Of a stretch of 38,161 nucleotides of DNA, positions 31,557 to 38,161 are shown one piece after another (positions within the stretch are counted from its first letter, which is position 1; each line of letters begins with the position of its first letter). The translations under genes and the position numbers were made by a program. The stretch lies in sequence record DRR378314_1390; one strand, 5' to 3'. The notes beneath the pieces were generated by a model. That model saw nothing but the letters and a program-made list of their open reading frames with translations, searched no databases and was not told where the DNA came from.

Positions 31557-32828
31557 TTAATGCAGCATATTCAACCGCTCATCCATAAAGACATCCATTT
31601 CCGGAGCCAGTATGTGAACGTACCGGTCAAAATAAAGGAACTGTTTGAGCAGCAGGGCAAACTCCCTCGGGAAATGCAGCCCGTGGCCTTCACCAATCTT
31701 TACCATGTCCATCAGGATATTGTTAACATCGTCCTCAGCCTGTTCTGCCTGGTAAGGGACTGCGTCCGGCACCATTGTGTCCATCTGTTGGTACAGGCGA
31801 CGAAGGTCGGCTGCGAGTTCCCCAACCTGAACCTTTTGATGGGTAATGCCGATACGGATCATGGCATCGGCCATGCCCTCGAAATTGCCCACCATCACCG
31901 TTGAAATGAAATCACTCACCGCCTGCCAGGTATCCGGACGTATCCGCCCCACAATGCCAAAATCGATGAAGCCGACACGGCCATCTTTCAGCACCATCAA
32001 ATTGCCGGCGTGAACGTCGGCGTGAAAAAACTCACACTGGGTAAGACTGGAAAACCAGGTATTCATCGCGGTAATCAGCGTGCGCTCTGGGTCGCGCGCA
32101 TAACCCCGGATGCTTTCAAGATCCGTCAGGGGCACACCGTGAAAACGTTCCATCGTAAGAATGCGGCGCGTACTGCAGCTTTCATAGACGCGGGGGACGG
32201 TAGCGTCTTCGTTATGAGTATTATGGAGGAACTCGCGGAACACCTTGAGGTTGTTCGCTTCCTTAATGAAGTCACATTCCTCCATCATGGTGCGCTGGAT
32301 TTCCTCAACAATGCCCGAGAGCGAGGTCCAGGACAGTTTCGGTGCCAGCGTTTCCAGAACCTTCGCGGACAGGTACAGAAAATTCAGATCCGTCAGCAGA
32401 ATATTTTCCACGCCGGGCTTCTGAACCTTGATAACCACATCCTCGCCAGTCACCAGCTTCGCTGCATGGACCTGCGCGATGGACGCTGAAGCCAGCGCCA
32501 CTGGATCGATATCAGCGTATACCTGTTCGATCGGTCGACCCAATTCATCCCGGATAATTTTCCGGATCACACTGAATGGCAGGCTTGGAGTTCGGTCCAG
32601 GCAATACTGGAACTCCTCGACATACTCCTTGGGGAAAAACGTGGGAGAACTGGCGATAAACTGGCCGAGCTTGATGTAGGTGGCGCCCAGAGATTCAAAA
32701 GTCTGCCGAAGTAAACGGGGCGCCGGGGGCCGTTCGCCCCGTACCCAGCTTACTCCGGTACGTCCCAGCACTGACACCGTCTGGCCGATTCGAAAAGCAC
32801 CCTTGAGGCTGTTCGTCAACGTTCCCAT
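31557..32828 (-). CDS. AarF/ABC1/UbiB-family atypical kinase
   Basis: YIKLGQ, ASASIAQVH, VIKVQKP, FHADVHAGN and IDFGIVG motifs. Confidence 0.92.
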   Translation of the reverse strand: MGTLTNSLKGAFRIGQTVSVLGRTGVSWVRGERPPAPRLLRQTFESLGATYIKLGQFIASSPTFFPKEYVEEFQYCLDRTPSLPFSVIRKIIRDELGRPIEQVYADIDPVALASASIAQVHAAKLVTGEDVVIKVQKPGVENILLTDLNFLYLSAKVLETLAPKLSWTSLSGIVEEIQRTMMEECDFIKEANNLKVFREFLHNTHNEDATVPRVYESCSTRRILTMERFHGVPLTDLESIRGYARDPERTLITAMNTWFSSLTQCEFFHADVHAGNLMVLKDGRVGFIDFGIVGRIRPDTWQAVSDFISTVMVGNFEGMADAMIRIGITHQKVQVGELAADLRRLYQQMDTMVPDAVPYQAEQAEDDVNNILMDMVKIGEGHGLHFPREFALLLKQFLYFDRYVHILAPEMDVFMDERLNMLH

Positions 32829-32891
32829 GAATCTCTTCCCTTCCTGATCCTGTAAATGTCTCCGCAGCCAGCGCGAGCCACACCGGCTGAA

Positions 32892-33995
32892 CTACAACCG
32901 CATCGGCATCACGACATAGAGGCAGCGATTGTCATTCTCGGCCTCGATCAACGCACTGCTATTGGGATTGGCCAGCGTGATCTTGACCTGATCCTCATCC
33001 AGCGCGTTCATGACGTCCACCAGATAGCCTACATTAAAGCCGATCTGCAGGGATTCGCCCTGGTACTCGACTGGCAACGCGTCTTCGGCCTGTTCCTGGT
33101 CCGGATTATTGGCAAACACCTGCAACTCGTTAGGTGCCAGGTTCAGTCGCACGCCGCGGATATTTTCATGGGAAAGGATACCCGCACGCTGCAGCGTGTT
33201 CTTGAGGGTGGCGCGATCCGCCAGGACAACTTTGTCGCCACCGCGGGGAATCACGCGGTTATAGTCGGGAAACTTGCCTTCGATCAACTTCGACGTAAAG
33301 GTGTAGGAACCAACGGTCGCCCGCAGGTGATTATCACCGATCACCAGGGTCACCGGGGTTTCCACATCATCCAGCAATCGCGCCAGTTCCAGAACACCCT
33401 TACGAGGCACGATAACCTGACGGGGTTCCGGACAGCCGGTTGGCAGGTCAAAGTGTGCCATTGCCAAACGATGGCCGTCGGTGGCCACGGTACGAACGTG
33501 ATCCTTGTCGACTTCCAACAACAGACCGTTCAGATAATAGCGCACGTCCTGTTGCGCCATCGCAAAGGCGGTGGCATCAAACATGCGGCTGAGTTCTTTC
33601 TGGGGCAACTCCAGGCCAAAACTCTCAGCATCGTCCTCAACATTCGGGAAATGCTCCGCGGGCAGGGTCGATAGCGTAAAGTGACTGGCGCCACAGCGCA
33701 GATGCAGGCGGTCGCCTTCCAATGTCAGTTCAATGGGAGACTCGTCGCCTAACGCCCGACAGATATCGGACAGCTTCCGCGCCGGCACGGTGATGCGACC
33801 TGGCTGATCAACGTGTACCGGTGACACGCGGCCAACCAGTTCCACCTCCATATTGGTTCCGGTCAGCGTAAGGGTATTATCCTCGGCCACCAGCAACACA
33901 TTGGACAGAACGGGCATTGTCTGTTTTCGCTCCACCACACCGGCAATGGATTGCAGGGGGGTAAGCAGAGATTCTCGGCTGATCGTCAGTTTCAT
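32892..33995 (-). CDS. dnaN: DNA polymerase III beta clamp
   Basis: AMAQQDVRYYLNG, VATDGHRLA, GKFPDY and YVVMPMRL motifs. Confidence 0.98.
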   Translation of the reverse strand: MKLTISRESLLTPLQSIAGVVERKQTMPVLSNVLLVAEDNTLTLTGTNMEVELVGRVSPVHVDQPGRITVPARKLSDICRALGDESPIELTLEGDRLHLRCGASHFTLSTLPAEHFPNVEDDAESFGLELPQKELSRMFDATAFAMAQQDVRYYLNGLLLEVDKDHVRTVATDGHRLAMAHFDLPTGCPEPRQVIVPRKGVLELARLLDDVETPVTLVIGDNHLRATVGSYTFTSKLIEGKFPDYNRVIPRGGDKVVLADRATLKNTLQRAGILSHENIRGVRLNLAPNELQVFANNPDQEQAEDALPVEYQGESLQIGFNVGYLVDVMNALDEDQVKITLANPNSSALIEAENDNRCLYVVMPMRL

Positions 33996-34050
33996 GGCAC
34001 TCAGCATTCTTTTATTGGAAGGTGAATGTGTATTGGCTGCCGCAAACCGA

Positions 34051-35502
34051 TCAGGTCGTCAGTAGCCGCATAAAGTTCTGATAATCCTCACGGATGCCAG
34101 GATCCGTTTCTTGCAGTTCTACGATTTTCTTGCAGGCATGCAATACCGTGGTGTGATCACGGCCACCAAACGCATCGCCGATTTCCGGCAGGCTGTGATT
34201 GGTCAGTTCCTTGGCCAGGGACATAGCAACCTGCCTTGGCCGGGTCACGGTGCGAGTGCGCCGTTTTGACAACAAATCGGCCACCTTGATCTTGTAATAC
34301 TCCGCCACCGTACGTTGGATGTTATCAATGCTGACCTGCTTTTCATGCAGCGCCAACAGATCCTTGAGGCTTTCCCGGATAAACGGTGGCGTTATCTCCG
34401 ATCCGGTGAAGTGAGCATTCGCTATCACCAGACGCAGCGCGCCTTCGAGCTCTCGAACGTTCGACCGGATCTTTTGCGCGATAAAAAAGGCCGCCTCGCT
34501 GCTCAGTTTCACATTCACCTGATCGGCTTTTTTCATCAGGATAGCCACCCTCGTTTCCAGTTCCGGAGGCTCCACCATGACGGTCAGCCCCCAACCAAAA
34601 CGGGATTTAAGACGCTCTTCCATATCCACAATTTCTTTCGGAAAGCGATCACAAGTGACAATCACCTGCTGACCACCTTCCAGTAACGCATTGAACGTAT
34701 GGAAAAATTCCTCTTGAGAGCGTTCTTTGCGGGCGAAAAACTGGATGTCGTCAATCAGCAATGCGTCCACGGAGCGGTAATAACGCTTGAACTCATTGAT
34801 GGCATTCAATTGCAGTGCCTTGACCATGTCCGCAACGAACCGTTCCGAGCGAAGATAGGCAACCTTGGCCCTGGGGTTGCGTCGAACGATGTCATTGCCG
34901 ATGGCATGCATCAGGTGAGTCTTACCCAGACCCACACCGCCGTACAAAAACAGTGGGTTATAGGCACCACCGGGATTCTCCGCCACCTGCATGGACGCCG
35001 CCCGGGCCAGCTGGTTCGATTTGCCTTCAACAAACGTGTCAAACGTAAAGCCTTCGTTGAGAAAGCTCTGGTGTTTGATATCTCCCTCAACCTGAACCGA
35101 ACGCCGTTCCCCCGTGCTCTTGGCCTTAACCGACGGTGTCGTCACCGTAGCCGCAACGCCCTTTTCCTCATCGGTTACACGACTGCTGGCTTCTTCCTGT
35201 TCAACCGCAACACCACCGGACGAGTTCTCGGAACGGACTACCAGGTCAGATGATCGTGGCGCAGACCCCACCTTCATATCAATGCGAGGTGCCTGGCCCC
35301 CATGCAGGTCCTTCAGCACTTCTTCAATTCGTCGGAGGTATTTTTCGTTCACCCAATCCATGACAAACCGATTGGGTGCGAACAGCATCAACTGACCCTC
35401 GCGGTGATCCGACTGCAAGGGTCTGAGCCAAGTATTGAATTGCTGGGCGGGAAACTCGTCCCGGAGTACTTCCAGACACTGATGCCATATATTGTTCGGC
35501 AC
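34051..35502 (-). CDS. dnaA: Chromosomal replication initiator DnaA
   Basis: [25 protein letters not shown] and [12 protein letters not shown] motifs. GTG start. Confidence 0.98.
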   Translation of the reverse strand: MPNNIWHQCLEVLRDEFPAQQFNTWLRPLQSDHREGQLMLFAPNRFVMDWVNEKYLRRIEEVLKDLHGGQAPRIDMKVGSAPRSSDLVVRSENSSGGVAVEQEEASSRVTDEEKGVAATVTTPSVKAKSTGERRSVQVEGDIKHQSFLNEGFTFDTFVEGKSNQLARAASMQVAENPGGAYNPLFLYGGVGLGKTHLMHAIGNDIVRRNPRAKVAYLRSERFVADMVKALQLNAINEFKRYYRSVDALLIDDIQFFARKERSQEEFFHTFNALLEGGQQVIVTCDRFPKEIVDMEERLKSRFGWGLTVMVEPPELETRVAILMKKADQVNVKLSSEAAFFIAQKIRSNVRELEGALRLVIANAHFTGSEITPPFIRESLKDLLALHEKQVSIDNIQRTVAEYYKIKVADLLSKRRTRTVTRPRQVAMSLAKELTNHSLPEIGDAFGGRDHTTVLHACKKIVELQETDPGIREDYQNFMRLLTT

Positions 35503-35619
35503 GACAGTCTTGCCTCCGATGCCTCAGGAATTTCTCGTTACGGGTCTCCATGACCCAACGAAAGAGATGACCAAGGATTCTAACCTGAGCACCTCCCGAG
35601 TGAAAGAGCCAAAACCATT

Positions 35620-35990
35620 TAATAAACAGCCTGTGGAAATTTATTTTCTTTTATTTCAATTTTTTACAGACTTACCTACAGGCTTGTGTACAGAAAATAG
35701 AAGCGTAAAAAGTTACCCACAGACCTGTGTGTGCAAAGCGGGTTTAACCCTGTGGATGAGACCCCGATGTTCCGTGGATAAGTCACCGTTTCCTCAGATC
35801 GTCGAGTTACCCACATTTCCTGCTTCGGATATACACAGGCCTCATTGCCACTTCTCAACCAGTTTATAAACCTCCCAACCATCTGTTTTTCTGCCCGTTT
35901 CATCGCTTGTCCACAGAAAAGGGCCTGCGTAATAACAGTAATAATAATCCTTAAAGAGAATACAAAAAGACCTAATGAATTAATTACACA
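35620..35990. other. Replication origin oriC (dnaA-rpmH intergenic)
   Basis: DnaA-box-like 9-mers at 35632, 35713, 35751, 35773, 35807, 35829 and 35907. AT-rich tracts at about 35638-35666 and 35930-35985, and TAA-repeat trios at 35930-35947. Confidence 0.85.
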
Positions 35991-36043
35991 GATGACGAAT
36001 CAGCCACGATGGAAATAACCCTTCCCCTCTAAGCCGATAGGCA

Positions 36044-36080
36044 TTGAATTCCATCGCTACATTGCATAGAATGCCGCTCC
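36044..36080 (+). promoter_or_regulatory. sigma70 promoter of the rpmH operon
   Basis: TTGAAT-17 nt-TAGAAT followed by a GC-rich discriminator GCCGCTCC. Confidence 0.65.
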
Positions 36081-36146
36081 TGTTTTGGCTGTTCATTTTC
36101 CAGCCAACGATTGAATTTCCAACATCTGTAATGTGAGATCGACACC

Positions 36147-36281
36147 ATGAAAAGAACGTTTCAACCAAGCGTACTGAAGCGTAAGCGCGTTCACGGTTTC
36201 CGTGCCCGCATGGCAACTGCCAACGGCCGTAAAGTTATTTCCCGTCGTCGCGCAAAGGGCCGTGCCCGTCTGTCTGCATAA
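36147..36281 (+). CDS. rpmH: 50S ribosomal protein L34 (not in the ORF track)
   Basis: Translates to [44 protein letters not shown]. Confidence 0.98.
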   Translation: MKRTFQPSVLKRKRVHGFRARMATANGRKVISRRRAKGRARLSA

Positions 36282-36296
36282 GACATTGACCGCCTG

Positions 36297-36704
36297 ATGA
36301 AGGCTTTGACCTTTCCAAAATCGTCCCGGCTTCTCAAGCCATCCGATTACGGCAAAGTCTTCGATGATGTACAGCTCAGGGTACCGCACCGGCATTTCCT
36401 GATCCTGGCCACACCCAATTCCCTGGGGCACGCCAGGATTGGTCTGGTGTTTTCAAAGAAGAATCTCAAACTGGCTGTGCAACGCAATCGCGTCAAACGC
36501 CGGGTTAGGGAAACTTTCAGGCACGAGAGGGATTACCCTGCCCTGGACATCGTGGTTCTTGGACGGCGAGGACTGGCGGAGCTTGATAATACAGCGCTCA
36601 ATGCTACTCTGACGGAGCTCTGGACGCGCCTCAGAAAAAAACACCGCCAGCTCCAGAAACCACCCACATCGGAACTTTCCGGTACCGGCAAAGGAAGGGG
36701 TTAA
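36297..36704 (+). CDS. rnpA: Ribonuclease P protein component
   Basis: FPKSSRLL and [22 protein letters not shown] (RNR motif). Confidence 0.95.
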   Translation: MKALTFPKSSRLLKPSDYGKVFDDVQLRVPHRHFLILATPNSLGHARIGLVFSKKNLKLAVQRNRVKRRVRETFRHERDYPALDIVVLGRRGLAELDNTALNATLTELWTRLRKKHRQLQKPPTSELSGTGKGRG

Positions 36705-36997
36705 TGCGCAAACTGTTGCTCCTGCCCATCCGAGTCTACCAGTATGCGATCAGCCCGATGATGGCCAGTCACTGTCGTCACCATCCCACTTGTTCCCAAT
36801 ACGCTGTCGAAGCCATCACCGCCCATGGCGCCCTCAAAGGCCTTTTTCTTTCAGTCAAACGTCTTATGAGGTGTCATCCATGGGCAAAAGGCGGGTATGA
36901 TCCCGTTCCGGGCACTGACGTTCGCACCGAGGTAACACCCTCCATCTGCTGCGGGCCGGCCAGCCAAACCCATAACACTAACCAGACCAAACAGTAA
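36704..36997 (+). CDS. yidD: Membrane protein insertion efficiency factor
   Basis: YQYAISP...[11 protein letters not shown]...RCHPW..GGYDPVP. Confidence 0.95.
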   Translation: MRKLLLLPIRVYQYAISPMMASHCRHHPTCSQYAVEAITAHGALKGLFLSVKRLMRCHPWAKGGYDPVPGTDVRTEVTPSICCGPASQTHNTNQTKQ

Positions 36998-37001
36998 GTT
37001 T

Positions 37002-38161
37002 ATGGATATTCAACGCATCGTATTATTTGCCGGCCTTGCCATTGTCAGTTACATGATGGTGCTTGCCTGGAACGAAGACTATAACCAGCCTCAGACCCAG
37101 CCCGCTACAGAACAGGCGAGCACCGGAACCCAACCTGGCGCTACGGATGACATGACTCTCCCAGCCGAGAGCACCAGTGGATCAGGTACCTCAGACGAAG
37201 AATTCACTACTCCGGAAAACGACGGGCAAGCTATTTCCGCTTCGGAGACGTCGTCGGTCTCGTCCAGCGATCAGCTCATTACGGTTCGCACCGATGTGTA
37301 CGAGCTCAAGATCGACCGTGTAGGCGGTAATATGATCGAGAGTTCACTGCTGCAACACGACCGTTCGCTCGACAGTGAAGAATCGCTCCGGCTGTTGACC
37401 AATACCAGCAAGCGCACCTACATCATGGAAAGCGGGCTGATCGGGCGTGACGGGATTGACAGCAAACGCAACGGCAGTGCTCCGGTATACAATGCATCGG
37501 CATCAGAGTTCGAACTGCAGGAAGGTGAAAACACGCTGACAGTCGATCTTACCTTCTCTACAGACAACAATGTCGAAATCACCAAACAGTATCGGTTCAG
37601 CCGGGACAGCTATGAGATTGATGTTCGTTACCTGATCAACAACCAATCCGACAGTGTTTGGCAAGCAAACATGACGGGTAAGATTGTTCGTGATCAGGCC
37701 CCGGATCCAACCGCCCAGAACAGCCTGGGCATACGGGCCTTCCTTGGTATGGTCGTCAGCTCGCCGGAAGACCCTTATGAAAAATTCGATTTTGACGACC
37801 TCTCTGAAAATCCGGTCAACCAATCCGTGACCAATGGCTGGCTGGCCTTTCTCCAGCATTACTTCCTGGCCGCCTGGGTGCCCGAACGCGATCAGCCCGC
37901 TCAATTCCAGTCCACTCGTCGCGGACCGCTCTATGTGATGGGCTTTGTGTACCCCGCGACAGTCGTTGAGCCGGGTGAGACCAGCGAAGTATCCGCCAAG
38001 GCCTACGTGGGTCCGAAGATCATTGAACGTCTGGAGAACGTTGCCCCGAATCTCGATCGGACGGTTGATTTTGGCTTCCTCTTCTTCATTGCTCTGCCGT
38101 TGTTCATTATTCTCGACTGGTTCCACGGTCTGGTCGGCAACTGGGGCGTGGCGATCATCCT
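37002..38161 (+). CDS. yidC: Membrane protein insertase YidC (3'-truncated by the window)
   Basis: MDIQRIVLFAGLAIVSY..., GWLAFLQHYF, YVGPK, TVDFGFL and GNWGVAII. Open to the window end, with conserved synteny. Confidence 0.96.
   Translation, partial: MDIQRIVLFAGLAIVSYMMVLAWNEDYNQPQTQPATEQASTGTQPGATDDMTLPAESTSGSGTSDEEFTTPENDGQAISASETSSVSSSDQLITVRTDVYELKIDRVGGNMIESSLLQHDRSLDSEESLRLLTNTSKRTYIMESGLIGRDGIDSKRNGSAPVYNASASEFELQEGENTLTVDLTFSTDNNVEITKQYRFSRDSYEIDVRYLINNQSDSVWQANMTGKIVRDQAPDPTAQNSLGIRAFLGMVVSSPEDPYEKFDFDDLSENPVNQSVTNGWLAFLQHYFLAAWVPERDQPAQFQSTRRGPLYVMGFVYPATVVEPGETSEVSAKAYVGPKIIERLENVAPNLDRTVDFGFLFFIALPLFIILDWFHGLVGNWGVAII

Noticed and set aside
35492..36216. Short ORFs in the dnaA-rpmH spacer
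   Set aside because: They overlap DnaA boxes and promoters and show no protein-like features.
37503..38126. 207-aa minus-strand ORF
   Set aside because: It is the antisense shadow of yidC, which the ORF track omits because its stop lies outside the window.

Overview
GC-rich gammaproteobacterial chromosome segment spanning the replication origin. Gene content and repeat style suggest a Marinobacter-like marine bacterium, which is an inference. The left part (1-17.1 kb) is mostly the conserved housekeeping block: gamma-CA/yrdA, aroE, hemF, tsaC, dprA, a LysM protein, def-fmt-rsmB-trkA, glyQS and tRNA-Pro(CGG). It also carries a membrane-anchored alkaline-phosphatase-superfamily gene, a PA4642-like small gene and a stand-alone PomA/PomB-type stator pair. 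The middle part (17.2-27.7 kb) is an accessory-looking block: a bitopic beta-helix-like protein, two divergent ABC exporters separated by a 118-bp hairpin element, gabT, an orphan ParA, a secreted GH13+CBM20 alpha-amylase and a VC0807-like membrane protein. The right part holds gyrB, recF, a UbiB/ABC1 kinase, dnaN and dnaA on the minus strand, then oriC with DnaA boxes and trio-like repeats, then rpmH-rnpA-yidD-yidC (truncated). Most notable: two Pho-box-like promoters with canonical -10 spacing (before the beta-helix gene and the orphan ParA), a probable ATC start codon, two parS sites inside recF, an ABC1 kinase plus terminator splitting dnaN from recF, and MalT-box-like repeats before the amylase. 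No CRISPR, integrase, transposase or recognisable defence system was seen.
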